Part shown: positions 37,438 through 46,579 of the stretch, piece by piece | How the letters are laid out: the number at the start of each line of letters is the position of its first letter | Position numbering within the stretch: position 1 is the stretch's first letter | NCBI GenBank assembly: GCA_947493165.1 | Contig: CANLPY010000001.1 | Coordinates: 1,970,566 to 2,034,565, forward strand | From: an uncultured Erythrobacter sp. | GTDB taxonomy: Bacteria; Pseudomonadota; Alphaproteobacteria; Sphingomonadales; Sphingomonadaceae | Direction of reading: 5' to 3' | Length of the DNA: 64,000 bases | Program-made: the position numbers and the translations under genes | The notes under the pieces: generated by a model | What the model saw: the letters and a program-made list of their open reading frames with translations, nothing else | What the model was told of the DNA's origin: nothing | Databases searched by the model: none

Positions 37438-39563
37438 AACAGATCCTCCAAAATCTCTCCTCTGGCGAATCCGAGCTTGTCGAAGCTCCTATGCCTCAAT
37501 TGCGATCAGGGGGCGTCCTGATCGACACCACCGTATCGCTGATTTCTAGTGGCACTGAGCGAATGCTGGTCGATTTCGGCAAAGCGGGATTGGTGGCCAA
37601 AGCTCGAAGCCAGCCAGACAAAGTGAAACAGGTCTTGGATAAGGTCGCGACTGATGGGCTGCTAACAACGGTCGATGCGGTTCGCGCAAAACTCGGCCAA
37701 CCCATGCCGCTGGGCTATTGCAACGTAGGGATTGTAACCCACACCGGCGTAGAAGAATTTGCAGAAGGTGATCGGGTCATTTCAAACGGCCCGCATGCTG
37801 ATATTGTTAGCGTGCCCAAAAACCTGTGCGCTAAGATTCCGGCCGGTGTCAGTGATGAAGCGGCGGCCTTTACGGTTGTTGCCAGCATCGGCCTGCAGGG
37901 CATTCGTCTTGCTCAGCCCACCTTGGGCGAAGCGTTCGTTGTGACAGGCGTTGGTTTGATCGGCCTTTTGACCGTGCAAATGTTGCGAGCGCAAGGGTGC
38001 CGCGTTTTGGCGATCGACTTTGATGATGCGAAGCTGGAGCTTGCCGGGCAATTTGGCGCAGAGACCTGCAACCCGGGTGCGGGCGAAGATCCCGTTGCGG
38101 CGGGCATGGCCTTCAGCCGCGGGATTGGCGTCGATGGCGTCATCGTGACCGCGTCGACCAAATCGAGCGACCCGATGGAGCAAGCAGCACAGATGTGCCG
38201 CAAACGCGGACGGATCGTTCTGGTCGGAGTGACCGGACTGGAGCTGAACCGGGCAGATTTTTACGAAAAGGAACTAAGCTTTCAAGTATCCTGCTCGTAT
38301 GGGCCGGGTCGCTATGACCCAGAATATGAAGCAGGTGGAAATGATTATCCAATTGGCTTTGTACGCTGGACGGAGAAGCGCAACTTTGAAGCTGTTTTGG
38401 ATATGCTGGCATCAGGCGCGATCAAAACAGACCCCCTGATCAGTCACCAGGTCCCGTTCGAAGAAGCGCCCAGAGCCTATGATTTGCTCACCAATGACCT
38501 TGCAGCGCTTGGAATATTGCTGACTTATAACCATGCGCGCGATGCCCGACACGTTGATACAGTGTCACTGGCGCCACTCGGCGAAAGCTCAGCAGAGGCA
38601 TCTGGCAAAGCTTTGGTCGGCTTTATCGGAGCAGGCAACTATGGCTCACGCGTGCTAATGCCTGCCTTCAAAGAGGCTGGCGCTATCCTGCAGAGCATAT
38701 CGTCAGCAGGCGGAGCAAACGCGGTTTTGCACGGACGTCGCCTAGGCTTTAAAGAAGCAACTTCAGATACTGACGCACTCATTGCAAATGATGCGATCAA
38801 CACGGTTGCCATCGTGACGCGGCACAACAGCCATGCCCGCTTTGCCAGTCAGGCCTTGCGTGCAGGCAAGCACGTTTTTGTCGAAAAACCACTGGCGCTT
38901 ACATATGATGAACTTGAAGATGTGCAGGCAGCTCACGCGGAAAGCGGCCGTCAGCTAATGGTTGGATTTAACCGTCGCTTTGCCCCTCACGTGCAAGAGA
39001 TGAAAAGCCTGCTAGACAAAGTGCATGCCCCAAAAAGCTTTGTGATGGTGATGAACGCTGGTGCGATCCCCGCCGATCACTGGACGCAGGACCTCGCCGT
39101 TGGTGGTGGCCGGATAATCGGCGAGGCTTGCCATTATATTGACTTGATGCGCTTTCTTGCAGGTGCGCCAATCGTGTCTGCCGAAGCGCGGCGTATGGGC
39201 GAGAACGATTCAGAAAGCATTACTGAAGATAAGGCTGCCATAACATTGGGTTTTGCTGATGGTTCATTCGGGACAATTCACTATTTGGCCAATGGTGGAT
39301 CATCCTTCCCTAAGGAACGCATTGAGGCGTTTGCGGGCAGCGGGACATTGCAGCTCGACAATTTCCTCGCTCTTCGAGGCTTCAATTGGAAGGGTTTCAA
39401 AAAAGACAAACTGTGGCGTCAGGACAAAGGACAAGCGGCTTGCTCTGCAGCGTTCATCAAGGCTGTCGAAGAGGGCGGATCTGCGCCAATTGCCGCTGAT
39501 GAATTGTTCGAAGTTGCCAAAGTATCGATTGATGTCGCTGAGATCTTGCGCGCCCAAAAATGA
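37434..39563 (+). CDS. Bi-domain oxidoreductase (MDR + Gfo/Idh/MocA), WeeE-like
   Basis: N-terminal ISSGTE, GYCNVG, GVGLIG, SCSYGPGRYD; C-terminal GFIGAGNYG, VEKP, GFNRRF, GEACHYID. Confidence 0.88.
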   Translation: MKQILQNLSSGESELVEAPMPQLRSGGVLIDTTVSLISSGTERMLVDFGKAGLVAKARSQPDKVKQVLDKVATDGLLTTVDAVRAKLGQPMPLGYCNVGIVTHTGVEEFAEGDRVISNGPHADIVSVPKNLCAKIPAGVSDEAAAFTVVASIGLQGIRLAQPTLGEAFVVTGVGLIGLLTVQMLRAQGCRVLAIDFDDAKLELAGQFGAETCNPGAGEDPVAAGMAFSRGIGVDGVIVTASTKSSDPMEQAAQMCRKRGRIVLVGVTGLELNRADFYEKELSFQVSCSYGPGRYDPEYEAGGNDYPIGFVRWTEKRNFEAVLDMLASGAIKTDPLISHQVPFEEAPRAYDLLTNDLAALGILLTYNHARDARHVDTVSLAPLGESSAEASGKALVGFIGAGNYGSRVLMPAFKEAGAILQSISSAGGANAVLHGRRLGFKEATSDTDALIANDAINTVAIVTRHNSHARFASQALRAGKHVFVEKPLALTYDELEDVQAAHAESGRQLMVGFNRRFAPHVQEMKSLLDKVHAPKSFVMVMNAGAIPADHWTQDLAVGGGRIIGEACHYIDLMRFLAGAPIVSAEARRMGENDSESITEDKAAITLGFADGSFGTIHYLANGGSSFPKERIEAFAGSGTLQLDNFLALRGFNWKGFKKDKLWRQDKGQAACSAAFIKAVEEGGSAPIAADELFEVAKVSIDVAEILRAQK

Positions 39564-41368
39564 TGCATGTTGAGCGATTGCGAACCTATGCGAGGCTCGG
39601 TCTCGCCAATCTGGCGCGCGTGGGCATCTACCGCTTCGGATTGAAGAGCAAGTTGCACCCAGTTCTCAAGCTGAAAGCCAATGTTGCTCGCGGTCCGTTC
39701 TTTCGCTTGGTGAAACCATCTGAGCCCCGGCCTGCTCCAAACACTGCTTGGGATAAGACAGTATGGCGCTTTGGCTGGCACCAAGAGTATTTGCCGGCTG
39801 AGAGCCCCGATTGGTTTGCCAATCCTTTTGCTGACACGCCTCAGCCTGATGCAACGCGAAATTGGTGGGACATTCCGGATTTTGCCGCGAATGACATCAA
39901 GGGCCTTTGGGAATTGTCGCGCATGGGTTGGGCGGTTGCCTGGGCCACCCAAGGTGCTCATGGCGACGAAGCCGCGCTCAGTCGCTTGAATGCATGGCTT
40001 GCGGACTGGGCGACAAAAAATCCGCCATACAAGGGGCCGAATTGGAAGTGCGCTCAGGAAGCTTCCATCCGCGTGATGCACATTGTCACAGCGGCGTGGG
40101 TGCTAGGGCAGGATGATGAACCGCAAGATGGCTTGGTAGAGCTGATAGGGACGCATCTTCAACGCATCGCTCTCACCACCAGCTACGCAATTGGTCAAGC
40201 CAACAACCATGGTACCTCAGAAGCCGCCGCGCTGTTCATTGGCGGTACTTTCTTAATGGGGCGCGATGATCGTGCGGCTAGTTGGGCCAAGGCCGGACGA
40301 GATTTGCTAGAAGATCGCGCGCAGGCGCTAATCGAGTGTGATGGCAGCTTCAGCCAATATTCGGTGACCTATCACCGAATCATGCTTGATGCTTATTCGC
40401 TTGCAGAGGCGTGGCGGCGGCACAAACAATTGCCTGAGTTTTCAAGCATGATGCATTCACGGCTTGATGCGGCAGCCCGCTGGCTTCAAACGATGACATG
40501 CGAACAGACCGGTGATGCGCCCAACATAGGCGCGAATGACGGTGCGCGCATCCTGCAGCTAACAGATTGCGACTATCGTGATTTTCGCCCCTGCGTTCAA
40601 TTGGCTTGCGCGCTTTTCAGTGATCGCGATGCGTTTGGCGAAGGACCTTGGAACGACGCACTCATTTGGCTTGGAGTCCCACGTGCCGCATCGCGCGAAA
40701 CCCCTGCAAGCAAGACATACGATCAAGGAGGCTATCATATGCTAAGGGCCAACCAAGCCCTTGCAGTGATGCGCTACCCACGCTTCCGCTTTCGCCCAAG
40801 CCAAGCGGATGGCTTGCATGTTGATTTGTGGTGTGGCGGGGTAAATTTGCTGCGGGACGCTGGCACCTACAGCTATAATCGGGATGGGGCGGAGTGGTTT
40901 TCCAGTGCGGCGGCGCACAACACCGTGACATTTGACGGTCACGATCAAATGGTACGGCTGGGCCGGTTTTTATTCGGCACTTGGCTGAAGGCTGATGATG
41001 TTACGCAGGTGTCACAGCAAGATGAGGGCATTGTTGCAGCAGCGGCATACACCGATCGAAACGGTGCGCGTCACCACCGCAAGATAATGTTAAGTGGGAC
41101 AAAATTCGTGTGCACCGACACATTATCGGGTGAGTTTCGAGCCGCATGTTTGCGCTGGCGTTTGCCGAACAGCAATTGGCAACTCAATGACGACCAGGTG
41201 CACAGTGACCTTGCTTCGATCAACATAAAAACCGAAGGGGCACCTGGCCTCAATCCAAGTCTCTCTTCGACTGCCGAATCGCGTTATTATCTGGCGCGCG
41301 AAGATGCCGTGCAATTGTCCGTTTCCGTCACCGGACCAACAGTACTCACCACCGAAGTCTCATTCTGA
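39560..41368 (+). CDS. Heparinase II/III-family protein, WeeF-like
   Basis: DIKGLWELSR, NNHGTSEA, QYSVTYHR, GANDGA, RPSQADGLHVDLW, DAGTYSYN, AHNTVTFDG. Confidence 0.85.
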   Translation: MMHVERLRTYARLGLANLARVGIYRFGLKSKLHPVLKLKANVARGPFFRLVKPSEPRPAPNTAWDKTVWRFGWHQEYLPAESPDWFANPFADTPQPDATRNWWDIPDFAANDIKGLWELSRMGWAVAWATQGAHGDEAALSRLNAWLADWATKNPPYKGPNWKCAQEASIRVMHIVTAAWVLGQDDEPQDGLVELIGTHLQRIALTTSYAIGQANNHGTSEAAALFIGGTFLMGRDDRAASWAKAGRDLLEDRAQALIECDGSFSQYSVTYHRIMLDAYSLAEAWRRHKQLPEFSSMMHSRLDAAARWLQTMTCEQTGDAPNIGANDGARILQLTDCDYRDFRPCVQLACALFSDRDAFGEGPWNDALIWLGVPRAASRETPASKTYDQGGYHMLRANQALAVMRYPRFRFRPSQADGLHVDLWCGGVNLLRDAGTYSYNRDGAEWFSSAAAHNTVTFDGHDQMVRLGRFLFGTWLKADDVTQVSQQDEGIVAAAAYTDRNGARHHRKIMLSGTKFVCTDTLSGEFRAACLRWRLPNSNWQLNDDQVHSDLASINIKTEGAPGLNPSLSSTAESRYYLAREDAVQLSVSVTGPTVLTTEVSF

Positions 41369-41370
41369 TT

Positions 41371-42633
41371 ATGCGCATCCTGTACTTCCATCAGCACTTT
41401 ACCACACCGAAAGGCTCGGGCGGCACTCGCTCATACGAAATGGCGCAGGCATTGCTTCGACATGGACACAATGTGACGATGGTTTGCGGCAGCGCGGCTG
41501 GTGGTGAGACCGGGTTGACCGAGGCATTTGATGGCGGGTGCCGCCGCGGAAATGTGGGCGGGATTGATGTCATCGAGTTTGAGCTCGATTATGGCAACCA
41601 CATGGGGTTTCTACAACGCGCCGGAGTGTTCTTTAAGTTCGCACTTTCTTCGATCCGCGTGGCTTTGCGAGAACCGGCTGATGTAGTGCTTGCGACATCG
41701 ACCCCGCTAACCGCCGGTATACCGGGAATTGTCGCGCGGCTGCTCAGACGCAAACCGTTTGTATTTGAGGTTCGCGACCTTTGGCCTGAGCTACCCAAAG
41801 CCATGGGGGTAATTACCAATCCGGTTATACTGTGGTTGATGTCGATACTGGAATTGGCTTCTTATCGCAGCGCAGATCGATTGATCGGTTTGTCGCCCGG
41901 CATCGTCGAAGGCATCGCATCTCGTGGAGTCGATCCTGACACAATTGCGATGGTTCCTAACGGCTGCGATCTCGATCTATTCGCTGGGGGGCCTAAAGCA
42001 TGGCGGCCTGATCGCGTGCGCGACGATCAATTGTTGGCAATTTTTGCAGGCACGCACGGCGCGGCAAATGGATTGGATGCGGTGCTAGATGCAGCGGCTG
42101 TCCTGCAACGGCGCGGCAGGGATGACATCGCGATTGCACTGATCGGTCAGGGCAGAGAGAAGCCCGCTCTGTGCGCGCGAGCAGAGCAAGAGGGCCTCAA
42201 CAATGTCCATTTCCTTGATCCTGTCCCTAAGACTGAGCTGACGGGATTGATGGCAGGCGCTGATTTGGGCTTGCAGATTTTGCGCAATGTCCCTGCATTT
42301 TACTATGGCACATCACCCAACAAGTTCTTCGACTACATTGCCGCTGGCCTGCCGGTGCTTAACAATTACCCCGGCTGGCTCGCAGGCCTTATCACGGATA
42401 ACAATTGCGGCTTTGCTGTGCAGCCCGAAGATGCGGACGCATTTGCTGACGCCTTGATCAAAGCAAGCGAGGCGCGCTCTGACTTGCGCGTGAAAGCTGC
42501 GAACGCGCAAGCCCTAGCGCAGCGAGAATTCGGTCGGGCCAAACTCTCTGAAAAATGGGTCGGCTGGGTGAGTTCTACGAAAGTGCTTAGCACGTCTGAA
42601 GGAGAGCCGGGCTCGATGGAGGAAAAGCCATGA
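41371..42633 (+). CDS. GT4 glycosyltransferase, WbuB-like
   Basis: MRILYFHQHF, ATSTPL, FEVRDLWPE, VPNGCD, AGTHGAANGL, SPNKFFDYIAAG. Confidence 0.9.
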   Translation: MRILYFHQHFTTPKGSGGTRSYEMAQALLRHGHNVTMVCGSAAGGETGLTEAFDGGCRRGNVGGIDVIEFELDYGNHMGFLQRAGVFFKFALSSIRVALREPADVVLATSTPLTAGIPGIVARLLRRKPFVFEVRDLWPELPKAMGVITNPVILWLMSILELASYRSADRLIGLSPGIVEGIASRGVDPDTIAMVPNGCDLDLFAGGPKAWRPDRVRDDQLLAIFAGTHGAANGLDAVLDAAAVLQRRGRDDIAIALIGQGREKPALCARAEQEGLNNVHFLDPVPKTELTGLMAGADLGLQILRNVPAFYYGTSPNKFFDYIAAGLPVLNNYPGWLAGLITDNNCGFAVQPEDADAFADALIKASEARSDLRVKAANAQALAQREFGRAKLSEKWVGWVSSTKVLSTSEGEPGSMEEKP

Positions 42634-43223
42634 AGCGCTTCTTTGATATCGTTGCTTCGACAATTGGGCTTATCGCCTTCCTTCCAGTGCTCGGCGTTAT
42701 TGCTGTTTTGATCCGCATCCAGATGGGCGGGCCGGTGCTTTTTCGGCAAATCCGCCCCGGACTGGCGGGTGAACCGTTCCAGATGGTTAAGTTCCGCACG
42801 ATGCGCGATGCGGTAGACAAAGCAGGCAATTCCTTGCCGGATGCTGATCGCCTAACGCGTTTGGGCCAATTTTTGCGGGCCAGCTCGCTCGATGAATTGC
42901 CCGAGCTATGGAACGTCTTTCGTGGGGAAATGAGTCTCGTCGGTCCGCGCCCCTTGTTGGTGGATTATCTGCCGCTTTATTCGCCTGAACAGGCTCGCCG
43001 ACATGAGGTGCGCCCTGGTGTAACCGGATGGGCGCAAATCAACGGTCGCAATGCTCTGTCTTGGGAGGAAAAGTTCGCGCTGGATGTTTGGTATGTCGAC
43101 AACAGGTCATTCTGGCTCGACGTCAAGATTATCGCGAACACTGTGCTGAAAGTCGCCCGCAAGGATGGAATCAGCGCAGCAGGAGAAGCGACAATGCCTC
43201 CTTTCACCGGAGATTCAAAATGA
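42630..43223 (+). CDS. Initiating phosphoglycosyltransferase (PglC/WeeH-like)
   Basis: KRFFD, FRQIRPG, KFRTM, SLDELP, GEMSLVGPRP, RPGVTGWAQINGR, DVWY. Confidence 0.93.
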   Translation: MKRFFDIVASTIGLIAFLPVLGVIAVLIRIQMGGPVLFRQIRPGLAGEPFQMVKFRTMRDAVDKAGNSLPDADRLTRLGQFLRASSLDELPELWNVFRGEMSLVGPRPLLVDYLPLYSPEQARRHEVRPGVTGWAQINGRNALSWEEKFALDVWYVDNRSFWLDVKIIANTVLKVARKDGISAAGEATMPPFTGDSK

Positions 43224-44347
43224 GAATTTGGCTGTCGCGCCCGCATATGTCTGGCAACGAAGAAGCGAAAGTTGCCGAGGCGTTTGCCTCAAACTTTGTT
43301 GCCCCGATAGGCCCGCAGCTCAACGAATTTGAAGCGGTCGTTTCAGACTATTTAGGCGGGGGACTGCACTGCGTTGCCCTATCATCCGGATCAGCCGCGC
43401 TGCATCTTGCCCTGAGGCTGGCTGGTGTTGGTCACGGCGATGAGGTTTGGGTCTCGTCGATGACATTTGCTGGCGGTGTTTTTCCCGTCAATTACCTCGG
43501 CGGCAAGCCGCGCTTTTTCGATCTCGATCCGCAATCATGGACTATCGATACGCAAATTCTTGCAGAGCAACTCGGTATTGCCGCAACTGAAGGCCGATTG
43601 CCGAAAGCAATCGTGCCGACTGACCTTTATGGACAGAGCGTTGATCTGGATCAGTTAGAGGCCCTCGCGGCGAAATATGATGTTCGCTTGGTCGTCGATT
43701 CAGCGGAGAGTGTCGGCGCGTCTTTTAGCAGCACGCGCAAAGCGGGCACGGGCGGCGATGCTGCGATCCTCTCTTTTAACGGCAATAAGATCATCACCAC
43801 GTCGGGTGGCGGTATGCTCGTGACCAAACATGCCGAGTGGGCCGAAGAAGCACGGTTCCTCGCGACACAGGCCCGCGATTCAGCGCCTCATTATGAGCAT
43901 TCGACCTTTGGCTATAATTATCGTCTCTCGAATATCTGCGCAGCTATTGGCCTTGGCCAAATGCAGGTCCTTGATGCGCGCGCCAAGCGCAGGCGGGCGA
44001 TCTTTGCCAAATACGAACGGGCTCTGGCAGCGCCGGGCATCGACTTCATGCCTGAAGCAGACGGGCAATTTTCAACGCGCTGGCTGACCACGCTGACGAT
44101 CGATCCAGAGCAAGTCGGGGCGAACCGAGAAGGAGTGCGTTTGATGCTGTTGGAGCATGAAATTGAATCGCGGCCGCTTTGGAAGCCCATGCATATGCAG
44201 CCGCTCTACAGCGGCACAGAGTATCACGGCTGCGGGGTGGATGAGCGGTTGTTTAAGAACGGACTTTGTTTGCCATCAGGCAGTGATATGTCTGATGCTG
44301 AACAAGATGAGGTGATCGAACGGATCCTAAGTTTTCTTGCCCGATAA
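43220..44347 (+). CDS. PLP-dependent sugar aminotransferase (DegT family; PglE/EpsN-like)
   Basis: IWLSRPHM, LSSGSAALHLAL, DSAES.G, SFNGNKIITTSGGG (catalytic Lys), GYNYRLSN, SRPLWKPMH, GLCLPSGS; ATGA overlap with the previous gene. Confidence 0.93.
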   Translation: MRIWLSRPHMSGNEEAKVAEAFASNFVAPIGPQLNEFEAVVSDYLGGGLHCVALSSGSAALHLALRLAGVGHGDEVWVSSMTFAGGVFPVNYLGGKPRFFDLDPQSWTIDTQILAEQLGIAATEGRLPKAIVPTDLYGQSVDLDQLEALAAKYDVRLVVDSAESVGASFSSTRKAGTGGDAAILSFNGNKIITTSGGGMLVTKHAEWAEEARFLATQARDSAPHYEHSTFGYNYRLSNICAAIGLGQMQVLDARAKRRRAIFAKYERALAAPGIDFMPEADGQFSTRWLTTLTIDPEQVGANREGVRLMLLEHEIESRPLWKPMHMQPLYSGTEYHGCGVDERLFKNGLCLPSGSDMSDAEQDEVIERILSFLAR

Positions 44348-44377
44348 GCCATCAAAATGCAGTGCAAGGCCCAACGT

Positions 44378-46360
44378 CTAAGCCGAATTGACAGCCTTTT
44401 TCTGACCTTCTTCACTGTTCGGCTGATGGTCAAATTCGGTAACCAGTTTTTTTAGCACACGAATGCAATCGTGGGTTGTACCGGCGGTTTCCAACTCGCT
44501 CAGGAGGGCCTGAAATTCTTTCCAAGGCAAGAAATGCTCATGGGCCATCTTGATGCGGTCATGCCGCGTCGCCTCAGCTTCGTTTCCGATCAATAGTTCT
44601 TCATAAAGCTTTTCGCCTGGACGAAGGCCCACTTCGGTGATTTCGATATCGCCTGCCGGGTTCTTCTCATTGCGAACTTTAAGGCCGGACAGTTGGATCA
44701 TGGTCTTAGCAAGATTGATAATTTTGACCGGCTTGCCCATATCCAGAACGAAAACCTCGCCGCCCTTGGCCAATCCGCCTGCTTGGATCACCAGATTTGC
44801 GGCCTCAGGAATTGTCATGAAGTAACGCGTGATGCGCTCATCCGTGATTGTGATCGGCCCGCCAGCTTCGATCTGGCTGCGGAACAAGGGCACGACTGAG
44901 CCGCTTGATCCCAAGACATTGCCAAACCGTACCATTGAGAACCGGGTGTCCGTGCCCTTGGCAGCGTAACTCTGCAGCACTTGTTCCGCCACGCGCTTGG
45001 TCGCGCCCATCACGTTGGTTGGGCGCACGGCCTTATCGGTGCTGATCAGAATGAAATCGCGCACTTTTGCAGCCATTGCCGCCTTCACGAGTTCATGCGT
45101 GCCAAGTACGTTATTGCGCACGCCTTGCACGGCGTTGGCTTCGACGAGCGGGACATGTTTGTAGGCCGCTGCGTGATAGACCGTTTGTGGAACGTGAGTT
45201 GTGAACACGCTAGTCAATGTTTCCGGGTCAGTAACGGAGCCGAGAACAGGAACGACCTCCAATTCTTTGCCCATCTTGCTGAGGATACCAGCCAATTCGC
45301 GCTCAATTGAGTAAAGCGAAAATTCGCTGAGTTCGTATAAGACAACCTTGGTTGCGCCTTTGGCAACGATTTGGCGGCAAAGCTCGCTACCGATTGACCC
45401 GCCAGCACCTGTCACCAACACGCAGCGACCGACAATTGTGCGGCCAAGCAGCACTTCATTGGGAGCCACTGGTTCGCGTCCAAGTAAATCTTCAATCTCA
45501 ACCGGACGAATGTCGCTCAACGAGATTTGTCCGCCGACGATGTCTCTCGCGCGCGGCAATATCTTCACCTCAACCTGAAGCTTACGCAGCCGTTGCAGAA
45601 TTTCGCGCTGACGGCGGCGCGACACACTGGGCAGTGCCAGCAAGATATCAGTGACTGACCTTTCAGTTATGATCGCTTCAAGGTTGCTGCTGGCGAAAAC
45701 GCGGTCTCCATCAAGCCGCTGTCCCGCCAGACGCTTATCGTCATCGATAAAGCCGACCGTATACATTTGCGGGTCGGAGCGGATGGAGCTTGCCAATTGT
45801 TGCCCCGCTCGACCGGCGCCATAGATCAAGACCCGGCGAACCTCGCCATTGTTGGTGCCGCGATCAAGCAGGTCGATGAAGAAGTAGCGCGCTGCTATAC
45901 GCGAGCCGACAACCAGTAAGAAAAACGTCAGGGGTTGGAGTAGGCCCAAGGTACGCGGAACGCCCGGAAACCCATATACCATGAACACTCCGGACATCGC
46001 GGCAGTGTAGACGGAAAACGCTGGCAGCAGCGTGCGCATCATGCCGACGCCTGCGTAGCGGAAAATCGCGTTGTAGACGCCTGCAGACCAAAAGATCGGC
46101 ACCATCAGTGCAAGTCCACCGGCCAGCATCATGCGGATTGGGGTGGTCGTTAGCTCCCACTGGCCCACACGCAGCGAGAAGGCGATCCAGATCGACAGCA
46201 CCAAAAGCGACAGATCGAGTGCAAAGACGATCGCTCTCTTGCGCGCTCGTGACCAAGTCGACATGCGACTTAAAATACGAACGATGATATCAATCAACAG
46301 ATGTTGCATTTGGGATGCTGTTTCCCTGAGTACGGAACCAGAAGTAGCGCCTACACTCAC
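44378..46360 (-). CDS. Membrane-bound UDP-GlcNAc 4,6-dehydratase (PglF/CapD/WbpM-like)
   Basis: Four N-terminal TM helices, IYGAGRAG, TGAGGSIGSEL, HAAAYKHVP, STDKAVRPTNVMGATKR, RFGNVLGSSGSV, GLRPGEKLYEEL. Start may be ~46309. Confidence 0.95.
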   Translation of the reverse strand: MSVGATSGSVLRETASQMQHLLIDIIVRILSRMSTWSRARKRAIVFALDLSLLVLSIWIAFSLRVGQWELTTTPIRMMLAGGLALMVPIFWSAGVYNAIFRYAGVGMMRTLLPAFSVYTAAMSGVFMVYGFPGVPRTLGLLQPLTFFLLVVGSRIAARYFFIDLLDRGTNNGEVRRVLIYGAGRAGQQLASSIRSDPQMYTVGFIDDDKRLAGQRLDGDRVFASSNLEAIITERSVTDILLALPSVSRRRQREILQRLRKLQVEVKILPRARDIVGGQISLSDIRPVEIEDLLGREPVAPNEVLLGRTIVGRCVLVTGAGGSIGSELCRQIVAKGATKVVLYELSEFSLYSIERELAGILSKMGKELEVVPVLGSVTDPETLTSVFTTHVPQTVYHAAAYKHVPLVEANAVQGVRNNVLGTHELVKAAMAAKVRDFILISTDKAVRPTNVMGATKRVAEQVLQSYAAKGTDTRFSMVRFGNVLGSSGSVVPLFRSQIEAGGPITITDERITRYFMTIPEAANLVIQAGGLAKGGEVFVLDMGKPVKIINLAKTMIQLSGLKVRNEKNPAGDIEITEVGLRPGEKLYEELLIGNEAEATRHDRIKMAHEHFLPWKEFQALLSELETAGTTHDCIRVLKKLVTEFDHQPNSEEGQKKAVNSA

Positions 46361-46579
46361 AAGTTCTTTGTTGCAACAATTCGAAGGGTGCGCAAAAATC
46401 GCCGGTGCAGGTTTTGTGCCGTTTTTAGTTCATTCATGGCCTGCACAACTCGAAAGCAACACTTTCGGCCTTCCTCCCAAAGAGGCCTTGCAATTGCACC
46501 GCTTACCTCTTTTCTGTCCTCGCAAATTCTGTAAGGCGTGCCTCATGGCTCAACACAATAAATTGGCAGCTGGTTTGAG

